Position numbers and translations under genes: made by a program
Assembly (NCBI GenBank): GCA_019090405.1
Contig: JAHRVZ010000455.1
Location: 1-49,834 of the forward strand
Source: Paracoccaceae bacterium
Lineage (GTDB): Bacteria > Pseudomonadota > Alphaproteobacteria > Rhodobacterales > Rhodobacteraceae
Direction of reading: 5' to 3'
Length of the DNA stretch: 49,834 nt
The notes under the pieces: generated by a model
The model's database searches: none
What the model saw: only the letters and a program-made list of their open reading frames with translations
What the model was told of the DNA's origin: nothing
Shown here: positions 26,401 to 33,540 of the stretch, one piece after another
How the letters are laid out: the number at the start of each line of letters is the position of its first letter
Position numbering within the stretch: the first letter of the stretch is position 1

Positions 26401-27838
26401 GGATGCGGGCGGGACAGGACGCTCCTACCATGCCGATCTTGGGGTTAAGAACCAAAGATTGCGGGTGCATTATTTGCTGGAGCCGGGCTGGCGGGCAGAC
26501 AACGCAATCCAGGGGTTGGGCCGCACAAACCGCACCAATCAGGTGCAGCCGCCGTTGTTTCGACCCTGTGCGACCAACGTCAAAGGCGAAAAACGGTTCC
26601 TGTCGACGATTGCGCGACGGCTCGACACGCTCGGAGCCATCACCAAAGGCCAGCGCGAGACCGGCGGCCAGAACATGTTCCGTACTGAGGATAATCTCGA
26701 AAGTGCCTATGCCCGCAAGGCCCTGCGCAACTTCTTCTGGGATTTGACAAAGGGGCGGATCAGCGCGTGTTCGCAGACGAGGTTCGAAGAGATGACCGGC
26801 CTGTCACTCATGGACAGTGACGGCACGCTGAAAGAGCAGCTGCCGCCGATCCAGCAATTCCTAAACCGGTGTCTGGCGCTGACCATCGATATGCAGGATG
26901 CTATCTTTGAATGCTTCGGGGGATTACTCGGAGCGATCATCGATGACGCGATCGCGGCGGGCACTTATGAGGTCGGTTTGGAGACCTTGCGCGCAGAGAA
27001 GTTCGAGATCATCGACCGCAAGACGATCTTTGAGCACGCGGCGACCGGTGCGAAGGCGACTGCGCTGACAGTTGAACGAACTGACCGAAACCACCCACTG
27101 ACTTTGGTGAAGGTCAAAGATTTTTGTCTGAGGCAGCCCAATGCCCAACGGATGCTCAACCGCAAATCAGAACGGGCAGCGGTGCTCATCCCAACCTCCA
27201 GCCTGATGACGGACGAGGGCGAGCCAATCGCACGGGTTGAATTGATGCGGCCGATGGCGACAGACCGGATGCTGGAGTTTGAGCTGCCCGCGTCCCACTG
27301 GGAGGAAGTTAGCGATTTTGAGTTCGAACGCGCCTGGACCAAGGAGGTCGACGCGGTGCCCGAAACGTCCGTCTCCAAGCTCACGTTGATCTCCGGCCTC
27401 TTACTACCGATCTGGGACCGTCTTCCAACGGACAACATGCGCATCTACCGCTTGCAAGCCGAGGATGGTGAACGCGCGATTGGCCGTATGGTGACACAGG
27501 ATCAACTCGCCAACGTCTATGCAGCTCTTGGGCTCGAATGCTCGGTCGAGCTCACCGCCGATGAGATATTCGACGCGGTCCTCACACGTGGCCAAAGCCT
27601 GCCGCTGTCCGGTGGTCTAACCCTGCGCAGATCACGGGTGATGAGCGAATACCGGCTGGAACTCACCGGTTACAATACGGCCGCTTTGGAAAGCTATAAA
27701 GCGATGGGATGCTTCACCGAGATTATCTCCTGGGCCACGCGCCTGTTCATTCCGGCCCATGACACCCATGTCTTGGATCAGCTCATGGCACGCCACAAGA
27801 TCACAGCAGCCGGATCCGGAGAGAGGAGTGCTGCATGA
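23468..27838 (+). CDS. fused N6-adenine DNA methyltransferase / strawberry-notch-like superfamily-2 helicase (1456 aa)
   Basis: ATG at 23468. Methyltransferase motif I VLEPSAGTGLL and motif IV IIMNPPFS. Helicase motif I GDGTGCGKGRQ and motif II AFDEAHAMAN. Long helicase-C region. Confidence 0.9.
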   Translation: MTDMLTAGAPSRAAALLQAAHQLLPYFEQGKALDQKIVRAAMEAAFGGSDASGAWVWKDGYEVGECAQILLLLKYGALMRRQCDTPAKFLAIVEKIAGFALSHTRRSETSQKLQQFSTPLPLSWIVAEAAQCRADDVVLEPSAGTGLLAIYAKLAGAKLHLNEIDDVRADLLGELFPDAAVSRHDASSIDDRLDASVSPSLIIMNPPFSAALSVEGRYKAAMGQHVLSALDRLQPDGRLVVVSGANVSQANTAFRSAFKRIGEIATIRFSAPIAGRVYARHGTTTETRLTVIDKREGLTPDLTAAYHDQAESSQALLALVQAHCPPRLIFEPTEQAANASRSSVVQSPSIQSLRDKARSQVRAVEAEKARHPFDLIEAEEIAYLPKLWTEKSSRLTEALYEGYEVQSITIEGAHPHPTALVQSAAMASVAPPLPSYRPKLHAKLITDGALSDAQIESIIYAGEAHEQHLSSWFRHDDEDQRLIACEADAEDGFQLRKGWFLGDGTGCGKGRQVAGVILDNWVRGRKRAIWVSKSDKLIEDAIRDWTAIGGRVSDIVPLSRFKQGSDIRLEQGILFVTYATLRTAERQHDDILKASRLDQVTAWLGKGFDGVIAFDEAHAMANAAGEKGKEGGRGDKQASQQGLAGLKLQNLVPDARVLYVSATGATIVGNLAYASRLGLWATGDSPFATREQFIADMEAGGIAAMEIISRDLKALGLYLARSLSYEGVEYEMLVHDLTPAQRDIYDSYAEAFQVIHTNLEAALEASGITAEDSTLNVQAKSAARSAFESNKQRFFNHLITAMKCPSVIKSMQNDLENGASAVVQIVSTSEALMERRLAQIPASEWHDLHVDITPREYVLDYLMHSFPTQLFEPYTDEDGNLKSRPARDGDGNPIECREAARKRDAMVERLGALAPVQGALDQILWHFGKEHVAEVTGRSRRIVRTRDHRLKVENRPGSSNIGETQAFMNDAKRILIFSDAGGTGRSYHADLGVKNQRLRVHYLLEPGWRADNAIQGLGRTNRTNQVQPPLFRPCATNVKGEKRFLSTIARRLDTLGAITKGQRETGGQNMFRTEDNLESAYARKALRNFFWDLTKGRISACSQTRFEEMTGLSLMDSDGTLKEQLPPIQQFLNRCLALTIDMQDAIFECFGGLLGAIIDDAIAAGTYEVGLETLRAEKFEIIDRKTIFEHAATGAKATALTVERTDRNHPLTLVKVKDFCLRQPNAQRMLNRKSERAAVLIPTSSLMTDEGEPIARVELMRPMATDRMLEFELPASHWEEVSDFEFERAWTKEVDAVPETSVSKLTLISGLLLPIWDRLPTDNMRIYRLQAEDGERAIGRMVTQDQLANVYAALGLECSVELTADEIFDAVLTRGQSLPLSGGLTLRRSRVMSEYRLELTGYNTAALESYKAMGCFTEIISWATRLFIPAHDTHVLDQLMARHKITAAGSGERSAA

Positions 27839-28893
27839 CCAATTATGGCAGCAAGTTTGAAAGACTGGATCCGGGCGCTCTGGCCCGCGGTCTGGCGCGT
27901 CATGCCGAAGCGTTCTGTCGGCATTGGTTTCCCGAAGGACGCAAAGTTGGCAACTATTGGCAGATGGCAGATATCTCCGGTGCAAAAGGGCGAAGCCTGA
28001 CGATCCGGTTGAAATCCCATGGCAGCAGGAAAGCTGGTAAGTGGACCGACCATCAGAATGGCGATCACGGCGACTTGCTCGATCTGTTGCACTACCATCT
28101 GGAACCTGTGGCTTACCCAGATCTGTTGCGGCAAGCCGCTGACTATCTCGGCGAGGCACCCGTGATACCAGATGACGGAACAAGCGATTATGAACCGGCC
28201 GTGGCCTCCAATCGTCAGGCGGCAGCGGGTCGCAAATTGTTCTCCTATGGCAGGCCGATCAGAAACACTTTGGCCGAGGCCTATCTGCGCGGTCGCGGTA
28301 TCGCCCGGTTCGGGCCAGCCTTGGCGTTTCATACAAATGTCTATCTCAGGGCCCAGGATGGGACGCGTCTGGAAATCCCGGCACTTCTTGCGGCGATCAC
28401 CGACAATGCGGGCACGGTCACAGGATGTTCGCGCGTCTTTCTCAATGCGCGGACGGGCGGTCTGGCCGCCATCGAGGCTCCGAAACGTGTACTCGGTCGC
28501 CTACATGGCAACGCGATCCGGTTTGGTGAAACGAGATCTTGCACCGATCTTCTCGCCGGCGAAGGGCTTGAGAACACGTTGTCCGTCGGGACGGCGCTTC
28601 CAAGGGCGGCTTTGGCCTGCTGCCTGACAGCAAACCATCTCGCTGCCTTCACCTATCCAGCCTCGATCAGGCGGCTCTGGATCGCGCGCGACAACGACGA
28701 GGCTGGCGCGCGCGCCGCAACCCGGCTTGCAGATCGCGCCGATGCGGACGGGATCGAACCGCTCATCCTGACCCCGGAGCGAGACGACTTCAACCTGGAC
28801 CTCACGACGGACGGCGTGACGCAGCTGCGCCAACGGCTGGCGGCCTTCATCGATGCGCATGCATCTGAGCATGATCTCTGGCCCTCCGCGTAA
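27835..28893 (+). CDS. Toprim-domain protein (DUF7146/primase-like)
   Basis: The ATG overlaps the upstream stop (ATGA at 27835-27838). Toprim Glu in LLAGEGLENTLSV and DxD in WIARDNDEAG. Confidence 0.8.
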   Translation: MTNYGSKFERLDPGALARGLARHAEAFCRHWFPEGRKVGNYWQMADISGAKGRSLTIRLKSHGSRKAGKWTDHQNGDHGDLLDLLHYHLEPVAYPDLLRQAADYLGEAPVIPDDGTSDYEPAVASNRQAAAGRKLFSYGRPIRNTLAEAYLRGRGIARFGPALAFHTNVYLRAQDGTRLEIPALLAAITDNAGTVTGCSRVFLNARTGGLAAIEAPKRVLGRLHGNAIRFGETRSCTDLLAGEGLENTLSVGTALPRAALACCLTANHLAAFTYPASIRRLWIARDNDEAGARAATRLADRADADGIEPLILTPERDDFNLDLTTDGVTQLRQRLAAFIDAHASEHDLWPSA

Positions 28894-29142
28894 GGGGGCC
28901 GGAAGGAAGCATGGGATCAGGCACTGACCTTTTGGCGGTGGCGCTGCGCCCTGTTCCGTTTGGATGCCGGGGTCGATGGACCGACAGGTCGGGCGCAAAG
29001 GCGCCCTCATCCCGTGCCGCAACGGCCAGGTCCCGTAAATTTCCCCTGCGCGCGTGCCGCGCCCATTCCTCGCGAGACAAATTTCCGCGCCCTGCCCGTC
29101 CTTCGCTGCGCTACGGCCCTTCGGGTGCGCCCGGGCTGCTGA

Positions 29143-29155
29143 CGGTCCTTTTATC
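29143..29155 (+). promoter_or_regulatory. repeated leader element, family 2, copy C (CGGTCCTTTTATC)
   Basis: 56 nt before the ATG at 29211. Same core as copies A and B, with a TTT insertion. Confidence 0.45.
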
Positions 29156-29210
29156 GCCCCATCCAAATCGGATCAGGACGAAACCCAAAGCCTCAAAAAA
29201 GGACCAGATC

Positions 29211-30125
29211 ATGACCCTCGCATCCTCCACTTTCACCCCCGACGCAAGCGCCACAGCCAGCGTCCTCGACGATCTCGCCCTCTACGGCGCGACACCACCC
29301 GAAGACGAAATCGATCGTCGCCCACTGCCCGAAGAGGACCAGACTGAGATAGCCATCAGCTCCATGGTCGAAGCGAGCCACATGCTTCTCGCCGACACAC
29401 AGCTCGAAGAGGATCTGCAAGAGATGCTCTGGTCCCTCACCAACATCTTTCATCGCCGCCTCAACCGATTAGAGCGCCAGCTCGACGAGAATGAATGCGA
29501 ACAACGCGACCTCGTTCGATGCCAGGACGGATCAGAGGTCAAAAGCCTGGAGTTGGAACGCAAGATCGAGCGCGGACAAAAACTGGTCGAGCACCGGGAT
29601 GCCTATGAGGCGATGCGGGATGCGTCAGCCGCCCATTTCCACACAGAGACCGGATCGATCTGGATGCCAAGATCAGGATCGCGGGTTTCGCACAAGAACC
29701 TCACAGCCTCGGTGGTCGACAGCCGCAACTTCCTCTCCGCAGAACAACGAAAGAAGAACGAAATCCACTGTCCCGATGGCACCCGCATCGCCTTCACCGG
29801 CGGCGACTACCAGGATTACGATGCGATTTGGACCATCCTCGACGGCTCAAGAGAGAAATATCCGGACATGATCCTGCTGCATGGCGGTACACCGAACGGA
29901 GCCGAACACATCGCGAGCCTCTGGGCAGAGAACCGAGGCGTCACCCAAGTGGTCTTCCGTCCCGATTGGAAATCACACAACAAAGCGGCCCCCTTTAAGC
30001 GCAACGATAAACTCTTGAAGACCATGCCGAAGGGTATCATCGCCTGCCCCGGCTCCGGTATTCACGAAAACCTCGTTGATAAAGCTCGTAAGCTGGGCAT
30101 TCCGGTCAAAAGGATTGGGGGCTAA
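29211..30125 (+). CDS. DUF2493/SLOG-family protein with an N-terminal, largely helical extension of about 190 aa
   Basis: ATG at 29211 follows AAGGA. The C-terminal pattern MILLHGGTPNGAEHIASLWAENRGVTQVVFRPDWKSHNKAAPFKRNDKLL matches my memory of DUF2493. Confidence 0.7.
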   Translation: MTLASSTFTPDASATASVLDDLALYGATPPEDEIDRRPLPEEDQTEIAISSMVEASHMLLADTQLEEDLQEMLWSLTNIFHRRLNRLERQLDENECEQRDLVRCQDGSEVKSLELERKIERGQKLVEHRDAYEAMRDASAAHFHTETGSIWMPRSGSRVSHKNLTASVVDSRNFLSAEQRKKNEIHCPDGTRIAFTGGDYQDYDAIWTILDGSREKYPDMILLHGGTPNGAEHIASLWAENRGVTQVVFRPDWKSHNKAAPFKRNDKLLKTMPKGIIACPGSGIHENLVDKARKLGIPVKRIGG

Positions 30126-30310
30126 AGCTCCCTCCCCTCTGGCGCGTGTTCATCAAGGATACGCGCCAGAAGATCAATTTCATTCATGACATCGACAATG
30201 TCTCGTGTTGCTGAAGAGTTGAGGAAAGCTTGTAGCGCAAAACTGGTGTCGGGTTTTACGGCAAGAACGGCAAGTTTTCGCGCAATATCCCCAAACTGGG
30301 CTGTCTTCAT
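30122..30310 (-). CDS. possible small helical protein (62 aa), divergent from dotD
   Basis: ATG at 30310 lies 5 nt after AGGTGA. No recognisable domain. A short ORF in GC-rich DNA, so weak support. Confidence 0.3.
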   Translation of the reverse strand: MKTAQFGDIARKLAVLAVKPDTSFALQAFLNSSATRDIVDVMNEIDLLARILDEHAPEGREL

Positions 30311-30341
30311 ACCATTCACCTATGCAGCCGCCGTCTCCTAT

Positions 30342-30375
30342 GCTCTTGTATCATTATATATAACGATAGAAGAGC
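30342..30375. promoter_or_regulatory. AT-rich palindromic operator candidate, copy 1 (core TATCATTATATATAACGATA at 30349-30368)
   Basis: 34-bp palindrome with 15 of 17 pairs matched, 49 nt upstream of the dotD ATG. The core differs by one base from the site at 44832-44851. Confidence 0.6.
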
Positions 30376-30416
30376 ATCAGTCTTTTGAATCAACCTGACG
30401 ATAAACATAACGAACG

Positions 30417-30944
30417 ATGGGGATGTGGATGCGCTTGGCCCAGAACGTATTTTTGATTTTCGGGCTGTTGAGCTGCGCAGCTTGCGCAGTCACCACCTCG
30501 CCTGAAACCACCAGCCTGTCAGCTTTGATCGATGCGGAAACTTCGGTGGTGGATCGCGAGATTGCCGACGCAGGTCTCTACAATGGTGTGCTCGAGCCAT
30601 ATGCGACGGGCACCACGACGCTGCTAAATCCCGATGTTGTGGCAGATGAACGCCTGATGACGGTCGTGCATTCTGCGTTCACCGGCCCAATCGAAGACTT
30701 CGTCTCCACAATGGCGCTTGAGACCGGATACCGGGTGATCGCGCAAGGTGAAAAACCTGGTGCGCCGATCATGATCACACTCATTCAAAGAGACCTGCCC
30801 GCTATGGGCGCACTGCGCGAGGCGTTCTTTCAAGGCAAAGAGCGCGCAACGTTGGTCGTCGATCAACGCGCAATGACGATGACGATCGTCTATAGTCGGC
30901 CCGAGGGTAGCCCGGTTCCCCATATCGAGGACACGGAAGTATGA
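30417..30944 (+). CDS. dotD: DotD/TraH-like outer-membrane lipoprotein
   Basis: Lipobox LLSC. About 170 aa. Sits directly upstream of the dotC-like and dotB genes, as in the dotDCB/traHIJ arrangement. Confidence 0.6.
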   Translation: MGMWMRLAQNVFLIFGLLSCAACAVTTSPETTSLSALIDAETSVVDREIADAGLYNGVLEPYATGTTTLLNPDVVADERLMTVVHSAFTGPIEDFVSTMALETGYRVIAQGEKPGAPIMITLIQRDLPAMGALREAFFQGKERATLVVDQRAMTMTIVYSRPEGSPVPHIEDTEV

Positions 30945-31837
30945 TGCACCATCTGCGCAGCCCCCTTCTGCCGTTCTTGGCCCTTTTCGTCTTAGCCGGG
31001 TGCGAAACTCTCCAGCTTGAAGAGGCAGATTTCCAAGAGCCTGACCCAATCCTCATAGGCGGTCCTGATCAGTTTCGCTCCGACAGGCCCCCTGCCGACT
31101 TCGCAGAGTTCAGTGTCCGCACACGACGCGGGAATTACGAGACGTCGGTCGAAGAAGATCGCTATGATCTATTGCGGGAGGCTGCCGTGTCATATGCCGC
31201 GCAGGCTGGCTATCAGCATCGTGTCTGGGAAGTCATGCGGCAGTTGGAACGCGACAGCCCAAAACTGTCCCGAACGTTCGATTTCAACAGGGTTTCTTAC
31301 CGTGCGCCCCGAGAGACGGGATATATCCTCCCGCCCGTCGTGAGCCGCGCCACGGCTGCCATCAATGTGGATGAGAGCGGACAGTCTGCTGTGGCAGCCG
31401 ATGAATTCTACCGCCTCGAGATACCAGGGCGCATCGTCACGATCATACCGACATGGCGTGACTATCTTGTTATTCCGCTTGAGGAGGCGAGTGAGCCCGA
31501 CGATGATTTTTTGCCGCAAAACAAGGAGGAAAAGCAGGTGTTCAACCGCTTCGCCGCCGAGGGTTGGCAGGCGGGTGTCGAACAGGCCGACGAGGCGCTC
31601 GGCCTGAATTTCTCCCGGTTGAAGCGCGACTACCTCGGCATGGTTGAATATCGCCGCATGGTTCAGGCCGGTTTGGTCAAGGAACTGGTGATCCAGTCCA
31701 GCGAGCGCCGGTCCGCTGGTGATGGGGACGAACTCTTCATCGGCGAACGTCGGGTGCAAATCGTCAGCTCAGCGCGGTTTGTCCGGGATCCGAGCCAGTG
31801 GAAGCCTTTGCAGAGGCGTTATGCGGTGACTAAATGA
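30941..31837 (+). CDS. dotC: DotC/TraI-like lipoprotein
   Basis: Lipobox LAGC. 298 aa. The start overlaps the dotD stop and the stop overlaps the dotB start. Confidence 0.65.
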   Translation: MMHHLRSPLLPFLALFVLAGCETLQLEEADFQEPDPILIGGPDQFRSDRPPADFAEFSVRTRRGNYETSVEEDRYDLLREAAVSYAAQAGYQHRVWEVMRQLERDSPKLSRTFDFNRVSYRAPRETGYILPPVVSRATAAINVDESGQSAVAADEFYRLEIPGRIVTIIPTWRDYLVIPLEEASEPDDDFLPQNKEEKQVFNRFAAEGWQAGVEQADEALGLNFSRLKRDYLGMVEYRRMVQAGLVKELVIQSSERRSAGDGDELFIGERRVQIVSSARFVRDPSQWKPLQRRYAVTK

Positions 31838-33069
31838 TCGACCTGGATAGGATCAACCTCAACCCTGATGATCCGAACGAAACTGACGTCACCATCCTGA
31901 AAGACGAGCCCAATCGGTTCGAAAGCGATCTAACGGCTTTTGATCATTTTTTGGTAGGAGCCGCGATGAAGGGGGCGTCTGACATCAACATTAGCGCTGA
32001 CCTGCGGATGCGTGTGCAGCTACATGGCGACCAAAAACTCGCCACCAAACGCCGTCTGCTTATCACTGAAGTGCAGGCGATGCTGGCCCATCTGTGGTCT
32101 GCCAACGATGCGATGTCCTTGGTAAGTGCGGGACGGCCTTTGGATTTTTCTTATGAGAAGAAGATAGACCGTAAGCGCAGTCAACGGTTCCGAGTGAACG
32201 CGACCGGCGAACAGCGGTTCGGGACCAATGGGGTACAGATCACGCTTCGGGCCTTACCCGATACGACACCGACCTTGGACGATGTTGGACTGGAAGAAGA
32301 ATTGCGCGATCATCTGGAACCTGCGAGCGGTATCATTGTCGTTGCTGGCGCGACCGGCCACGGCAAGTCGACAACTATGGCGGCCATGACCCGCTCCCAT
32401 TTGGAGAACCGTGATCGATCTCGCAAGATTATCGATCTACAGGCCCCTATTGAATACACGTTCCGGGATATCAACACGGACGCCGCCGATGTTGCGTCCT
32501 TCATCAGCCAGTCCGAGATCGGGGTTGGTCGCAACATTCCCACCTTCGCGGAAGGTGTCCGCGCCGCGATGCGCCGTGCACCGGCCGTGATCAATGTCGG
32601 CGAAAGCCGAGACCGGGAAAGCATGGAAGCTTGCATTGAGGCCTGTCTGACCGGGCATTTGGTAAACACCACGACACATGCGGGGTCTATCGCCGAGGCG
32701 CTTCGGCGCATGGCCTTTCTGTTCCCACCCGAGGAGCAGGAGGCGCGCTCCTTTGATCTGATGACGTCGCTGAATCTGATCGTCTGGCAGAGGTTGGTCA
32801 AAACGGCAGACGGCAATGGGCGCGTCGCACTGCGTGAGTATCTCGTGTTAGATCGCAACGTGCGCGACCGGTTCCTAAGTGTACCACCATTGGAGTGGGT
32901 GAATGTTGTTAAACAGGTATTCTCGGACAGCTGTTCCAACCCAAACCTGGTCGCTAGGACTATGACACAGTCTGCCGAAAAACTGGTTCAACGCAAAATT
33001 GTGAAGGTGGAGGATGTCTCGGGCATTCTTCAGGCCGGGATAGGGTTTCTAGGGCAGATCAAGCTTTAG
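31834..33069 (+). CDS. dotB: DotB/TraJ secretion ATPase (PilT/VirB11 class)
   Basis: Walker A VVAGATGHGKSTTMAAM, Asp box INVGESRD and His box TGHLVNTTTHAGS. Confidence 0.9.
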   Translation: MIDLDRINLNPDDPNETDVTILKDEPNRFESDLTAFDHFLVGAAMKGASDINISADLRMRVQLHGDQKLATKRRLLITEVQAMLAHLWSANDAMSLVSAGRPLDFSYEKKIDRKRSQRFRVNATGEQRFGTNGVQITLRALPDTTPTLDDVGLEEELRDHLEPASGIIVVAGATGHGKSTTMAAMTRSHLENRDRSRKIIDLQAPIEYTFRDINTDAADVASFISQSEIGVGRNIPTFAEGVRAAMRRAPAVINVGESRDRESMEACIEACLTGHLVNTTTHAGSIAEALRRMAFLFPPEEQEARSFDLMTSLNLIVWQRLVKTADGNGRVALREYLVLDRNVRDRFLSVPPLEWVNVVKQVFSDSCSNPNLVARTMTQSAEKLVQRKIVKVEDVSGILQAGIGFLGQIKL

Positions 33070-33082
33070 TCTTGTCAAAATG

Positions 33083-33099
33083 TAACGCTAATAGCGTTA
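33083..33099. repeat. 17-bp palindrome TAACGCTA-A-TAGCGTTA just after the dotB stop
   Basis: Perfect 8-1-8 inverted repeat with no T-tract. Could be a terminator stem or a protein-binding site. Confidence 0.5.
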
Positions 33100-33162
33100 G
33101 GTGCTACGATACATGACAATCAATTGTGTGGTCAAAACACCCACTTTGTGTCATAATAAAAT

Positions 33163-33537
33163 ATGTTCAAATGGTTCAAAAAAATACGACAGACGCATAG
33201 CAAGATCGGCTTTTTGGTGCATCTTGCTGGCCAATGGCTGGCTGTCGGTATGATGATCTATTTCTGGCGCGCTATGATCCATCTGCTGGATACCGTCGAA
33301 GCATTTGCAGAGGAGTGGCAAAGGAGCAGTTCAGAACACTTTGAGTTTATTGATGGCCTGGTCGCGATCCCGGCCCATTTAATTTCGGAACCGATTTACT
33401 TCCTGCAATTGACTTCGATCGTCATCGTTTTGCATCTGACGGTAAACCGAACGGGGTACCGTGGTTCTGCCTATGTCCCCCACAAACCAAATCACGGCGG
33501 GATCGCCATCTTTGCCGCGATGACTCTCTTTCGCTGA
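33163..33537 (+). CDS. hypothetical membrane protein (124 aa), visibly more AT-rich than its neighbours
   Basis: ATG follows an AT-rich tract. Two to three hydrophobic segments. Converges on the dotA stop (33541). Confidence 0.45.
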   Translation: MFKWFKKIRQTHSKIGFLVHLAGQWLAVGMMIYFWRAMIHLLDTVEAFAEEWQRSSSEHFEFIDGLVAIPAHLISEPIYFLQLTSIVIVLHLTVNRTGYRGSAYVPHKPNHGGIAIFAAMTLFR

Positions 33538-33540
33538 TGG

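Noticed and set aside
28501-29166. 221-aa minus-strand ORF spanning the Toprim 3-prime end and the intergenic region
   Set aside because: It overlaps a well-supported CDS, is Arg/Pro-rich, and contains no domain.
28911-29210. 100-codon in-frame extension of the DUF2493 ORF
   Set aside because: The Arg/Pro/Ala-rich composition is typical of non-coding GC-rich DNA. AAGGA precedes the ATG at 29211.
31190-32939. 189-aa and 209-aa antisense ORFs inside dotC and dotB
   Set aside because: Shadow ORFs opposite genes with strong signatures (lipobox; Walker A and His box).
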